A DNA stretch of 64,000 nt from an uncultured Clostridia bacterium (GCA_947629785.1 CANRFB010000006.1:1977-65976), one strand, 5' to 3'. Positions 1-9,063 are shown, numbered from the stretch's first letter. Notes: generated by a model from the letters alone, not told the origin. Program-made: numbers and translations.

Positions 1-758
1 ACAAAAATATTCCCGCAAATTACCGCATCTGCGGAAATGTTGAACTTGTTCTCCAAAAACTCAACAAGGCTGTAAAGAAGAAAGACCATTCCCAATGGCT
101 GAAACAGATTGCCGAGTGGAAGAATGAATATCCCCTTTCGCAGATCTCCGAAGATCCCGACGATGTTCTTCCCAAAGACGTGATAGAAATTCTGGACGAA
201 CTTACCCACGGCGAAGCGGTGATCTCCACCGAAGTGGGACAGCACCAGATGTGGACGGCGGAATTTTACAATTTCCGCAAGCCGAGAAGCTTTGCATCTT
301 CGGGCGGTCTGGGAACTATGGGTTACGGTCTTGGCGCGGCTATCGGCTGCAAGGTGGGAAATCCCGAAAAAGTTGTGGTAAACTGCGCGGGAGACGGAAG
401 TTTTTACATGAATATGAACGAACTTACCACCCTTGCAAAATATCAGCTTCCCGTAATTGAACTTGTTTTCAACAACAGCGTTCTTGGAATGGTCCGTCAG
501 TGGCAGAAACTTTTCTACGGCGGAAGATTTTCACAGACTACCCTTGAAAAGCCCACCGATTTTGAACTTTTAGGAAAAGCTGTCGGCATTGAAGCTATGA
601 CTATTTCAAAGAAAAGCGATATACGTCCCGTTCTGGAAAAGGCAATTTCCTGCGGAAAGCCCGTGCTTATAAACTGCATTATCGGAAAGGACATAAACGT
701 TCTTCCCATGGTTCCCGCGGGCGCGTCAATTGCAGAGCCTATCCTTGAAATTAAGTGA
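1..758 (+). CDS. ilvB: acetolactate synthase (AHAS) large catalytic subunit, C-terminal part; 5' end lies outside the window
   Basis: Frame 3 is open from base 3 to the TGA at 756-758; the listed ORF 180..758 is only the first in-frame Met. TPP-binding C-terminal motifs present: GGLGTMGYGLGAAIG, NCAGDGSFYMN, NNSVLGMVRQWQ. Confidence 0.85.
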   Translation, partial: KNIPANYRICGNVELVLQKLNKAVKKKDHSQWLKQIAEWKNEYPLSQISEDPDDVLPKDVIEILDELTHGEAVISTEVGQHQMWTAEFYNFRKPRSFASSGGLGTMGYGLGAAIGCKVGNPEKVVVNCAGDGSFYMNMNELTTLAKYQLPVIELVFNNSVLGMVRQWQKLFYGGRFSQTTLEKPTDFELLGKAVGIEAMTISKKSDIRPVLEKAISCGKPVLINCIIGKDINVLPMVPAGASIAEPILEIK

Positions 759-767
759 GGTAAAAAT

Positions 768-2351
768 ATGAAAATACAGATATTTGATTCAACGCTCCGC
801 GACGGGGCGCAGGGCGAAAGCGTGAACTTTTCCGTTGAGGACAAATTCAGCGTAATGAAAGCTCTTGACGAGTTCGGAATAGACTATATCGAAGCGGGAA
901 ATCCCGCTTCCAACCCGAAAGACATGGAATTTTTCAAAAAAGCTGAAAAATTCCTGCCGAAACATTCAAAACTCGTGGCTTTCGGTTCAACAAGGCGGAA
1001 GAATATTTCCTGCGCCGAGGACGCGAACCTTAACGCTCTTGCAGATACAAATGTGGAGTATGTTTCTGTTTTCGGGAAAAGCTGGGACCTGCACGCAACG
1101 GAAATTTTAGGCACGACTCTTGAAGAAAACCTGAACATGATTTCCGATACCATAAAATATCTCACTCAAAAGGGCAAGAAAGTTTTCTTTGACGCGGAAC
1201 ATTTTTTTGACGGGTATAAACGCAATCCCGAATACGCCCTGAAAACCATTTCCGCCGCGGAAGAAGCAGGCGCCTTTGAAATTATCCTCTGCGACACAAA
1301 CGGCGGCTGTTTCCCCGATGAAATTGCGGAAATTACAGCAAAAGCCGTTGAGACTGTAAAAATTCCCGTTGGAATACACTGTCACAACGACACGGGCTGC
1401 GCGGTGGCAAATTCAATTGCCGCCGTAAAAGCTGGGGCTGTGCAGATTCAGGGAACAATGACGGGAATTGGCGAACGCTGCGGAAATACCAATCTTTCCA
1501 CCGTTATCGGAAATTTGCAGGCAAAGCTGGGGAATGAATGTGTTCCGCAGGAAAATATCTCGCAGCTTACACAGGTGACAAGGCTTATTGCGGAAGTCTG
1601 CAATATGAAACTTGCGGGAACCATGCCTTTTGTGGGAAAAAGCGCATTTGCCCACAAAGGCGGTATGCACGCCGACGGTGTAAAGAAAAATCCTATCAGT
1701 TTCGAGCATATCCCTCCCGAAACGATAGGAAACAAGCGTAATATCCTGCTGTCGGAAGTCGCGGGACGTTCGGCAATTCTCCAGAGAATAAACGAAATTG
1801 CCCCCGAACTTACAAAGGACAGTCCCGAAACGCAGTCTATAATCGACCTTTTAAAAGAAATGGAATTCAAAGGCTATCAGTATGAAGCCGCGGAAGCGTC
1901 ATTTGAGCTTCTTGTAAAGCAGTATCTTGGCATGACGGAGAATTTCTTCGACATAAGCTATTTTAAAATAATCGGCGAAAAAAGCGGCGAAACACAGAAT
2001 CCATCCTCGGCTATCGTAAAAGTTGCCGTGGGCGACAAGACGGAAATTGCCGCCGATGAGGGCGATGGTCCCGTAAACGCCATAGACAAGGCGCTTCGGC
2101 AGGCGCTGACCGTTTTCTATCCGTCAATTGCGGATATTCACCTTGTGGATTATAAAGTTCGTGTTGTTGACGGAAGCGCGGCGACTGCGGCAAATGTCCG
2201 CGTTCTCATTGAAAGCACCGACGGCGAGGACATCTGGACAACGGTTGGCGCTTCTACCGATATAATCAACGCTTCCGTGACCGCTCTCACCGACAGTATC
2301 GAGTACAAGCTGATGAAAGACAAAGCGCAGAACGTTTCCGCTCTGCACTGA
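768..2351 (+). CDS. cimA: citramalate synthase / 2-isopropylmalate synthase family (CimA-like, 527 aa)
   Basis: N-terminus MKIQIFDSTLRDGAQGESVNFSVEDK..IDYIEAGNPASNPKD (HMGL-like TIM barrel) plus a C-terminal LeuA-dimer regulatory domain. Length and N-terminus fit CimA-type better than LeuA-type. It starts 10 nt after ilvB. Confidence 0.75.
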   Translation: MKIQIFDSTLRDGAQGESVNFSVEDKFSVMKALDEFGIDYIEAGNPASNPKDMEFFKKAEKFLPKHSKLVAFGSTRRKNISCAEDANLNALADTNVEYVSVFGKSWDLHATEILGTTLEENLNMISDTIKYLTQKGKKVFFDAEHFFDGYKRNPEYALKTISAAEEAGAFEIILCDTNGGCFPDEIAEITAKAVETVKIPVGIHCHNDTGCAVANSIAAVKAGAVQIQGTMTGIGERCGNTNLSTVIGNLQAKLGNECVPQENISQLTQVTRLIAEVCNMKLAGTMPFVGKSAFAHKGGMHADGVKKNPISFEHIPPETIGNKRNILLSEVAGRSAILQRINEIAPELTKDSPETQSIIDLLKEMEFKGYQYEAAEASFELLVKQYLGMTENFFDISYFKIIGEKSGETQNPSSAIVKVAVGDKTEIAADEGDGPVNAIDKALRQALTVFYPSIADIHLVDYKVRVVDGSAATAANVRVLIESTDGEDIWTTVGASTDIINASVTALTDSIEYKLMKDKAQNVSALH

Positions 2352-2357
2352 TCATCA

Positions 2358-3242
2358 TTATAATTCGGTATAATTCAAAAATTTTTCCATTGACGGGGTA
2401 AGTTTTGCGTTCTTCATGTACGCAAAGCCTACCTCTCGTTTGTTTATGGGAACGGACAGGGGGATTTCCACAAATTCGCCGCTGTCAAGCTCATTTTGTA
2501 CAAACTGTTTTATGGCGCAGGCAACGCCTATGCCCGTCCGTGCAAATTCGATAAGCATATCCATTCCCGTGACTTCAAGGATATGTTTGGGAACTATATT
2601 GTTTTCCTTGAAATATCTGTCAACGTGCATACGGGAAACATTGGCGCCGTCAAGGAGCATTATATTCGCTTCTTCAAAAACATCGCCGTCCTCGCGGAGA
2701 CGGAGGTTTTCCATATAGTCGGGAATCGCTATGAAAACGTCCTCTATTTCGCCGATTGAGTGGAATGCCACATCGGGCGTATCGGGTCTTACCATAAGTC
2801 CTATATCTACCTTTCCGTCGGCAAGCTGACGGTGTATTCTTGATGACGACTGACAGTCAACGGTTATCTGAATATGGGGATTTTCCTTAATAAACCCCTG
2901 CAAATACGGCAGAAGCATATGTTTACAAAGAATACTGCTCGCGCCGAGGTGCAGACGTCCTATGCCGAGTTCGTTTATGCGGCGAAGCTTGTCCTCGCCC
3001 TCTTTTATAATATCAAAAGCGGCTCGGAGCTGTTCATAAAGGACTTTCCCCTCATCTGTAAGGGTAACTCCCCTGTGATTCCGTACAAAAAGTGTGGTTT
3101 CCAGCGATTCTTCCATTTTGGTGATAGCCTTGCTGATCGCAGGCTGGCTGATGTAGTTCATTTCAGCGGCGCGTGAAATGCTTTCACATTCCGCAACTGC
3201 GCAGAAAAGGCGGTAACGGTTCAGATTGCTTTCGGAAATCAT
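2358..3242 (-). CDS. LysR-family transcriptional regulator
   Basis: N-terminal wHTH (FCAVAECESISRAAEMNYISQPAISKAITKMEESL) and a LysR substrate-binding domain. 294 aa. AAGGAG sits upstream of the ATG. Confidence 0.85.
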   Translation of the reverse strand: MISESNLNRYRLFCAVAECESISRAAEMNYISQPAISKAITKMEESLETTLFVRNHRGVTLTDEGKVLYEQLRAAFDIIKEGEDKLRRINELGIGRLHLGASSILCKHMLLPYLQGFIKENPHIQITVDCQSSSRIHRQLADGKVDIGLMVRPDTPDVAFHSIGEIEDVFIAIPDYMENLRLREDGDVFEEANIMLLDGANVSRMHVDRYFKENNIVPKHILEVTGMDMLIEFARTGIGVACAIKQFVQNELDSGEFVEIPLSVPINKREVGFAYMKNAKLTPSMEKFLNYTEL

Positions 3243-3361
3243 ATTTTTAACTCCTTTACTATTCGGTCAAATCATACTTTATGCTCTTACTATAAAATTA
3301 TATCATACTTTTAAAAGAAATGCAAGTGTTATCTGAAACCGGATACAGGAATATTTTCCCA

Positions 3362-3400
3362 TAAAACAAAAATGCCGTGCGGTTCATACTGCACGGCATG
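3362..3400 (-). terminator. intrinsic terminator downstream of the RelE-like toxin gene
   Basis: Stem ATGCCGTGC / GCACGGCAT (3372-3400) followed on the minus strand by a T-run (A-run 3362-3371 on plus). Confidence 0.6.
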
Positions 3401-3404
3401 ATCT

Positions 3405-3671
3405 TTAATTGTATATGTCTCTGCGGTGTCCCACAGTAAGGGCAAGAATAACAAGTTCATCATCGTGAATTTCGCATATCAATCTGTAATCACCGATACG
3501 GTAACGCCACTGTCCGGCATGATTGCCTACAAGCGGCTTTCCATGCTGTCTCGGATCTTCACAGTCAATAAGATTTTTACCGATCCATGCTTTTATCATC
3601 TTTTTTGTGTAATTGTCCAGCTTGCGGAACTCTTTGTCAAATCTTTCCGTTGTTTTAACTTTGTATGTCAT
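3405..3671 (-). CDS. relE: type II toxin, RelE/ParE (RelE/StbE-like) family
   Basis: MTYKVKTTERFDKEFRKL..., GDYRLICEIHDDELVILALTVGHRRDIY is the typical RelE/StbE C-terminus. The start ATG at 3671 overlaps the antitoxin stop (ATGA). The listed ORF start 3689 is an upstream in-frame Met. Confidence 0.8.
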   Translation of the reverse strand: MTYKVKTTERFDKEFRKLDNYTKKMIKAWIGKNLIDCEDPRQHGKPLVGNHAGQWRYRIGDYRLICEIHDDELVILALTVGHRRDIYN

Positions 3672-3889
3672 AGCCCGAGCTCCTGCCATAATTCCTCAAC
3701 GGAATGGCTTACCTTTCCGCTTTTTTCGTATTCCCTGTATGCTTCATCGGCTTCGGCAATATCATACTCGTCCTCTATCTTTTCAAACAAAGCCTGTTTG
3801 AACGCTTCTCCCAGAGAAATTGAGTGCATACGCGCATAGCTGTCCGCAAGTTTCCGTTCCTCTTCGGTCAATCTTATTGAAAACGCCAT
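3668..3889 (-). CDS. type II antitoxin (ribbon-helix-helix, RelB/DUF6290-like)
   Basis: 73 aa, MAFSIRLTEEERKLADSYARMHSISLGEAFKQAL (RHH-like N-terminus) with an acidic C-terminus. It has a 4-nt overlap with the downstream toxin gene. Confidence 0.65.
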   Translation of the reverse strand: MAFSIRLTEEERKLADSYARMHSISLGEAFKQALFEKIEDEYDIAEADEAYREYEKSGKVSHSVEELWQELGL

Positions 3890-4003
3890 AATATCAACTC
3901 CTTTTAGTACATTGTACTACATATTATAAACTTTGTCAATGGGATAATTCAAAAATTTGTATAAATATAACTAAATATCATGTTATTTATTCATAATATG
4001 TAT

Positions 4004-4032
4004 TTGAATCATATCGCTATGTGTGATATAAT
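4004..4032 (+). promoter_or_regulatory. sigma-A type promoter for leuCDB
   Basis: TTGAAT (4004-4009), 17-nt spacer, TG-n-TATAAT (TATAAT 4027-4032), about 35 nt upstream of the leuC ATG. Confidence 0.55.
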
Positions 4033-4066
4033 TTAAGAAAAAGATTCTGAAAGGATTGAATTTATT

Positions 4067-5329
4067 ATGGCTATGACTATGACCCAGAAAATTCTTGCCG
4101 CTCACGCGGGACTTGACAAGGTCGAAGCCGGTCAGCTTATCAGATGCAAGCTGGACATGGTTCTGGGAAATGACGTTACAACGCCTGTTGCAATCAACGA
4201 ATTTGAAAAAGCAGGCTTTTCGGGCGTTTTTGATACCGAAAAAATTTCCATGGTAATGGATCACTTCACACCAAACAAGGACATAAAATCCGCCGCACAT
4301 ACAAAACAGTGCCGCGATTTTGCCTCTAAACTTAAAATAAAGAACTACTTTGATGTTGGCGATATGGGCATCGAACACGCTCTTCTCCCCGAAAAAGGTC
4401 TTGTGGCTTCAGGAGAATGTGTTATCGGCGCGGACAGTCACACCTGCACATACGGCGCGCTGGGCGCATTTTCCACAGGCGTTGGTTCAACGGATATGGC
4501 TGCGGGAATGGCTACGGGCGAAGCATGGTTCAAAGTTCCCTCAGCAATAAAATTCAACCTCAAAGGCAAGCTTAACGAATATGTTATGGGCAAGGACGTT
4601 ATCCTGCACATAATCGGAATGATAGGCGTTGACGGCGCGCTTTACAAGTCTATGGAATTTTCGGGCGAGGGTCTGAAAAATCTTTCCATGGACGACAGAC
4701 TTTCAATGGCAAATATGGCTATAGAAGCAGGCGCAAAGAACGGAATTTTCGCCGTTGACGAAATTACAAAGGCTTATCAGGCGGACAAGGTGAACCGCGA
4801 ATATAAAATTTACGAAGCTGATCCCGATGCGCCCTACGATGCAGTTTACGACATTGACCTTTCGGAGATCAAACCTACCGTTGCGTTCCCCCATCTTCCC
4901 GAAAATACCAAGACCATTGACGAAGCAGGCGATGTAAAGATCGATCAGGTAGTTATCGGTTCCTGCACCAACGGCAGAATGGAAGACCTTGAAATGGCTG
5001 CAAAGATCATGAAAGGCAAGAAAGTTCATGACGGCGTACGCTGCATAATCATTCCCGCAACGCAGAAGATTTACCTTGAAGCTATGAAAAAAGGCTTGCT
5101 GGAAATTTTCATAAACGCCGGCTGTGCGGTTTCAACACCTACCTGCGGTCCTTGTCTTGGCGGACACATGGGAATTCTCGCAAAAGGCGAAAGAGCCGTT
5201 GCGACCACGAACCGCAACTTTGTAGGACGTATGGGACACCCCGAATCGGAAGTTTATCTCGCTTCCCCCGCCGTTGCGGCAGCTTCGGCTATAACAGGCA
5301 AGATAAGCAGTCCCAAGGAAGTTTTGTAA
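4067..5329 (+). CDS. leuC: 3-isopropylmalate dehydratase large subunit
   Basis: Aconitase-family motifs [35 protein letters not shown]. 420 aa, archaeal/clostridial short type. Confidence 0.9.
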   Translation: MAMTMTQKILAAHAGLDKVEAGQLIRCKLDMVLGNDVTTPVAINEFEKAGFSGVFDTEKISMVMDHFTPNKDIKSAAHTKQCRDFASKLKIKNYFDVGDMGIEHALLPEKGLVASGECVIGADSHTCTYGALGAFSTGVGSTDMAAGMATGEAWFKVPSAIKFNLKGKLNEYVMGKDVILHIIGMIGVDGALYKSMEFSGEGLKNLSMDDRLSMANMAIEAGAKNGIFAVDEITKAYQADKVNREYKIYEADPDAPYDAVYDIDLSEIKPTVAFPHLPENTKTIDEAGDVKIDQVVIGSCTNGRMEDLEMAAKIMKGKKVHDGVRCIIIPATQKIYLEAMKKGLLEIFINAGCAVSTPTCGPCLGGHMGILAKGERAVATTNRNFVGRMGHPESEVYLASPAVAAASAITGKISSPKEVL

Positions 5330-5341
5330 GGAGGCAGCACA

Positions 5342-5824
5342 ATGAAAGTATCAGGTAAAGTTCATAAATACGGCGATAACGTTGATACCGATGTTATCAT
5401 TCCCGCAAGATACCTTAACTCCGCAGACCCGAAAGAGCTTGCACAGCACTGCATGGAGGACATTGACAAGGATTTTGTAAACAATGTAAAAGAGGGCGAC
5501 ATTATGGTTGCCGTCCGCAATTTCGGCTGCGGTTCTTCCCGCGAACACGCGCCTATTTCCATAAAAGCAAGCGGAATTTCCTGCGTTATCGCGTCCACAT
5601 TTGCAAGAATTTTCTACAGAAACGCCATAAACACGGGACTTCCCATTCTGGAATGTGACGAAGCCGCCAAGAATATCGAAAACGGCGACGAGGTGGAAGT
5701 TGATTTTGACACAGGCGTCATCACCGACAAGACCAAAGGACAGACATATCAGGCACAGCCTTTCCCCGATTTTATGAAAGAGATCATAAACGCTGGCGGT
5801 CTGCTTAAATCTTTGAAAAAGTAA
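5342..5824 (+). CDS. leuD: 3-isopropylmalate dehydratase small subunit
   Basis: Aconitase swivel domain ([27 protein letters not shown]). 160 aa, directly after leuC. Confidence 0.9.
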   Translation: MKVSGKVHKYGDNVDTDVIIPARYLNSADPKELAQHCMEDIDKDFVNNVKEGDIMVAVRNFGCGSSREHAPISIKASGISCVIASTFARIFYRNAINTGLPILECDEAAKNIENGDEVEVDFDTGVITDKTKGQTYQAQPFPDFMKEIINAGGLLKSLKK

Positions 5825-5837
5825 GGAGATAATTTCT

Positions 5838-6917
5838 ATGAACAAGAATATTGCCGTTATAAAAGGCGACGGTATCGGTCCCGAGATCGTCACCGAAGCC
5901 ATAAAAGTTCTTGATAAAGTATGTGCAAAATTCGGCCACAGCTTCAAGTATACAGACGTTCTCATGGGCGGCTGCGCAATTGACGCAACGGGTGTTCCCC
6001 TGCCGCAGGAAACTATCGACATCTGTCTTGCTTCGGACAGCGTTCTGCTTGGCGCGGTAGGCGGTCAGAAATGGGACACACTTCCCGGAAATCTTCGCCC
6101 CGAAGCGGGACTTTTAGGGATAAGAGGCGCGTTGAAGCTTTTCGCCAATATCCGTCCCGCAAAACTTCTCGCTCCCCTTGCTTCCGCCTGTCCTCTGAAA
6201 AAGGAGATCACCGACAGCGGGCTTGATCTTGTTATCGTCCGCGAACTTATCGGCGGCGCATATTTCGGCGAAAAGAAAACCTACACCGACGACAAGGGCG
6301 TTAAACACGCAAGCGACCTTATGACTTACGCCGACTACGAAGTTGAAAGGATCTGCCGCGTTGCTTTCGATATGGCTCGGAAACGCCGCGGAAAGGTACA
6401 TTCCGTTGACAAGGCAAATGTTCTGGATTCCTCACGGCTGTGGAGAGAAATTTCCCACAAAGTCGCTGCGAAATATCCCGATGTGGAATTCAGTGACATT
6501 CTTGTGGACAACTGCGCAATGCAGCTTGTAAGAAACCCGGGACAGTTTGACGTTCTGGTAACGGAAAATCTTTTCGGAGATATTCTTTCCGATGAAGCGT
6601 CCATGATAACAGGTTCTCTGGGAATGATCCCTTCCGCATCGCTGGGCGAAACTTCCCTTGGACTTTACGAACCTATCCACGGTTCCGCTCCCGACATAGC
6701 AGGTCAGAACAAAGCAAATCCTATTGCCACCATACTTTCCGCAGCCATGATGCTGAAATACTCCTTTGATATGTCCGCAGAATCGGACGCAATTGAAAAC
6801 GCGGTAACGGCAGTTCTCAACGAGGGTTACCGCACGGCGGATATAATGTCCGACGCGGCAGGACTCAAATGCGTTTCCTGCACGGAAATGGGCGATCTTA
6901 TAGCAAGCAGGATATAA
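5838..6917 (+). CDS. leuB: 3-isopropylmalate dehydrogenase
   Basis: IAVIKGDGIGPEI, NLFGDILSDEASMITGSLGMIPSASLG, GSAPDIAGQNKANPIA (isocitrate/isopropylmalate dehydrogenase signature). Confidence 0.9.
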   Translation: MNKNIAVIKGDGIGPEIVTEAIKVLDKVCAKFGHSFKYTDVLMGGCAIDATGVPLPQETIDICLASDSVLLGAVGGQKWDTLPGNLRPEAGLLGIRGALKLFANIRPAKLLAPLASACPLKKEITDSGLDLVIVRELIGGAYFGEKKTYTDDKGVKHASDLMTYADYEVERICRVAFDMARKRRGKVHSVDKANVLDSSRLWREISHKVAAKYPDVEFSDILVDNCAMQLVRNPGQFDVLVTENLFGDILSDEASMITGSLGMIPSASLGETSLGLYEPIHGSAPDIAGQNKANPIATILSAAMMLKYSFDMSAESDAIENAVTAVLNEGYRTADIMSDAAGLKCVSCTEMGDLIASRI

Positions 6918-6973
6918 ATTTAATGATAAGACACTCCTGACTTATTTTCCATTTATTTTTCCCCTTTAATAAA

Positions 6974-7027
6974 CCGAGGTCTGTTCCGTAACGGTGTTCC
7001 GTAACGGGGGCAGACCTCGGTTTTTTC
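6974..7027 (+). terminator. intrinsic terminator of leuCDB
   Basis: 10-bp stem CCGAGGTCTG / CAGACCTCGG followed by TTTTTTT. The loop contains a tandem duplication TGTTCCGTAACGG x2. Confidence 0.7.
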
Positions 7028-7185
7028 TATAATTTTGCTTTGCAAGAATTTAATTTTGCGGAGCAATAATTTTGTAACGAGTTTCAACGATCAGCATAAA
7101 ATAAACTATGAAACGCCGACGGAGAGACAAAAAGTCCTGCGCGGTTTTCAAAAATACATTATAATTTTTATAAGGAGCGTTTTTT

Positions 7186-7335
7186 ATGAACTGTGGACTT
7201 AATTTTGGAAATGGCAGCTGCTGTTGGATAATCATCATCCTTCTCCTCCTCTGGTTCTGCTGCGGCAATAACAATTCCTGCGGTAACAACAACTGCGGAA
7301 ACAGCTGTAACAATGACTGCAACTGCGGCTGCTGA
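7186..7335 (+). CDS. unannotated 49-aa Cys/Asn-rich single-TM micro-protein (possibly YjcZ-like tiny sporulation membrane protein)
   Basis: AAGGAG at 7172-7177, 8-nt spacer, ATG 7186, TGA 7333-7335. Product: MNCGLNFGNGSCCWIIIILLLLWFCCGNNNSCGNNNCGNSCNNDCNCGC. Hairpins follow the stop. It is shorter than the ORF-track cutoff. Confidence 0.55.
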   Translation: MNCGLNFGNGSCCWIIIILLLLWFCCGNNNSCGNNNCGNSCNNDCNCGC

Positions 7336-7421
7336 TGATCCGATCCGAATAAGGTATCGCCTTACGGATAACGCGAAAGAGCCGATTTGCCGCGGCAAGT
7401 CGGCTTTATTTCGGAAAATCA

Positions 7422-7456
7422 AACGCTCCGGCGTATCAGCGGCGGAGCGTTTTTTC
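7422..7456. terminator. bidirectional terminator between the micro-protein gene (+) and sigK (-)
   Basis: Stem AACGCTCCG / CGGAGCGTT with TTTTTTC on the plus side and a T-rich run on the minus side. A second, weaker hairpin lies at 7380-7405. Confidence 0.55.
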
Positions 7457-7514
7457 TGCATTTCAGGCACCTCCCCCGTAAAAAAATTCCGACTGATAAA
7501 ACGGTTTTCCCATG

Positions 7515-8231
7515 TCATTTCTTTTCGGGGGCTGTGAAAAGTGAGGCGCGGTCGTATTTCTTTTTCAGCGTCTGGAGGGCTTTCTTTTCGATCCTTGAAA
7601 CGTAAGAGCGGGATATTCCCAACTGTTTTGCCACTTCCCGCTGGGTAAGGGGTTTACAGCCGTACAAGCCGTACCTGTGCTTGATGATGTTCAGTTCCCG
7701 CTCGTCAAGACATTCGTTTATGAAACGATACAGCTGCTCGGATTTTATATTAAGGTCGATCTTCTCGACAATGCCGTCATCTTCGGCAATAATATCTATA
7801 AGCGAAAGCTGATTGCCGTCCTTGTCAACGTCTATCGGTTCGTCGTAATAAACGTCGCCCGCGGATTTTTTCAGACTGCGGAAGTGCATAAGTATCTCGT
7901 TTTCAATACATCTTGAAGCATAAGTCGCAAATCTGGTCTTTTTTGAATAGTCAAATGTGGAAACGGCTTTGATAAGACCGATAGTTCCTATGGAAATAAG
8001 ATCTTCCTGATCGGTGGTGGTGTTATAATATTTCTTCATAATGTGCGCCACAAGCCGAAGATTGTGTTCGATCAGCTTATTCCGTGCGGACATATCGCCC
8101 TCGTGCATTTTCCTGAAACATTCTTCCTCCTCGGCGGACGAAAGGGGTTTCGGGAACACACCGCCCGATTCAAGATGCAGCGCGAAAAACAGCAGGTTCT
8201 GAAGTGCAAGGTCTATCAGTCCCGTAAACAT
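7515..8231 (-). CDS. sigK: RNA polymerase sporulation sigma factor SigK (pro-sigma-K, uninterrupted)
   Basis: FPKPLSSAEEEECFRKMHEGDMSARNKLIEHNLRLVAHIMKKY and LISIGTIGLIKAV...ATYASRCIENEILMH closely parallel B. subtilis SigK (FPQPLSS..ARNMLIEHNLRLVAHIVKKF). A hydrophobic N-terminal pro-sequence is present. Confidence 0.85.
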   Translation of the reverse strand: MFTGLIDLALQNLLFFALHLESGGVFPKPLSSAEEEECFRKMHEGDMSARNKLIEHNLRLVAHIMKKYYNTTTDQEDLISIGTIGLIKAVSTFDYSKKTRFATYASRCIENEILMHFRSLKKSAGDVYYDEPIDVDKDGNQLSLIDIIAEDDGIVEKIDLNIKSEQLYRFINECLDERELNIIKHRYGLYGCKPLTQREVAKQLGISRSYVSRIEKKALQTLKKKYDRASLFTAPEKK

Positions 8232-8320
8232 TTGCAGACCATCTCCGAAAATTTTATCATGCGGGAAATATTTCCCTACAATAAAATTTATGTGTCTGCC
8301 TGAATGTCCTATTCCCCCAT

Positions 8321-8356
8321 AAACAAAAATATCCCTCGTTTAAAAGCGAGGGATAT
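8321..8356 (-). terminator. intrinsic terminator of pduL
   Basis: Stem ATCCCTCG / CGAGGGAT (8331-8354) followed on the minus strand by a T-run. Confidence 0.7.
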
Positions 8357-8373
8357 AATATGTAAAAGTCTTA

Positions 8374-8952
8374 TTATACTCTGTAAATTTCACCCATAAG
8401 TGAGGGAGTTGCAGAAATGGCATTTGCCTCGTCTGTGTCAATGTGCATAGCGCGGGCAAATTTTTCGGAAACGCGGCACACAACATCGCCGAGAATAGCT
8501 TTTCTTCCGTCGGTATCAACCTTAACGTAAACGACATCCTTATCCTTAACGCCAAGTTCCTCGGCATCGGCAGGAGTAAGGTGAATGTGTCTCTTTGCGA
8601 TAATAACGCCCTCGCTGATCTCTACTTCGCCGCATGGTCCGATAAGCTTGCAGCCTGCTGAACCTGCAACATCTCCGCTTTCACGGATAGGTGCAGTAAT
8701 TCCTATAGAACGTGCATCGGTAGCGGAAAGTTCAACCTGTGTTGCGGGACGTACAGGACCAAGGATAGAAACGTTTGCAAGTGATTTCTTAGGTCCGACA
8801 ACTTCTACTCTTTCCTCGCAGGCAAACTGACCCGGCTGGGAAAGATCCTTTTTCTTTGTAAGAACGGCGCCCTTTCCGAAAAGGATCTCAAGGTGTTCCT
8901 GTGTAACGTGAACGTGACGCGCAGATGTTTCAACGATAAATGATTTTGACAT
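8374..8952 (-). CDS. pduL: phosphate propanoyltransferase / phosphotransacylase PduL
   Basis: Duplicated PduL motifs: ETSARHVHVTQEHLEILFG and IIAKRHIHLTPADAEELG. 192 aa. Confidence 0.85.
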   Translation of the reverse strand: MSKSFIVETSARHVHVTQEHLEILFGKGAVLTKKKDLSQPGQFACEERVEVVGPKKSLANVSILGPVRPATQVELSATDARSIGITAPIRESGDVAGSAGCKLIGPCGEVEISEGVIIAKRHIHLTPADAEELGVKDKDVVYVKVDTDGRKAILGDVVCRVSEKFARAMHIDTDEANAISATPSLMGEIYRV

Positions 8953-9001
8953 ATCAATGACCTTCCTTATTTTAGAAATTTGGAAAATATCCTATATTAA
9001 C

Positions 9002-9029
9002 AGTATACTACATCTGTGAAAAAAGTCAA
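9002..9029 (-). promoter_or_regulatory. candidate sigma-A promoter of pduL
   Basis: On the minus strand: TTGACT, 16 nt, TATACT, about 50 nt upstream of the ATG. Confidence 0.45.
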
Positions 9030-9063
9030 GGGGTAAATCTTAAATTAACTTCAAGCCTTTCGT

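Noticed and set aside
3890-4066. Possible T-box or leader-peptide attenuator upstream of leuC.
   Set aside because: The promoter -10 ends at 4032, leaving only about 30 nt of leader. That is far too short for a T-box (over 200 nt), and there is no Leu-rich leader ORF.
7050-7518. Minus-strand ORFs 7050..7322 (90 aa) and 7168..7518 (116 aa) with QQ/LL/PQ and A/V repeats.
   Set aside because: They mirror the Cys/Asn-repeat codons of the plus-strand micro-ORF, run through two terminator hairpins and have no RBS. The plus-strand 49-aa ORF explains the region better.
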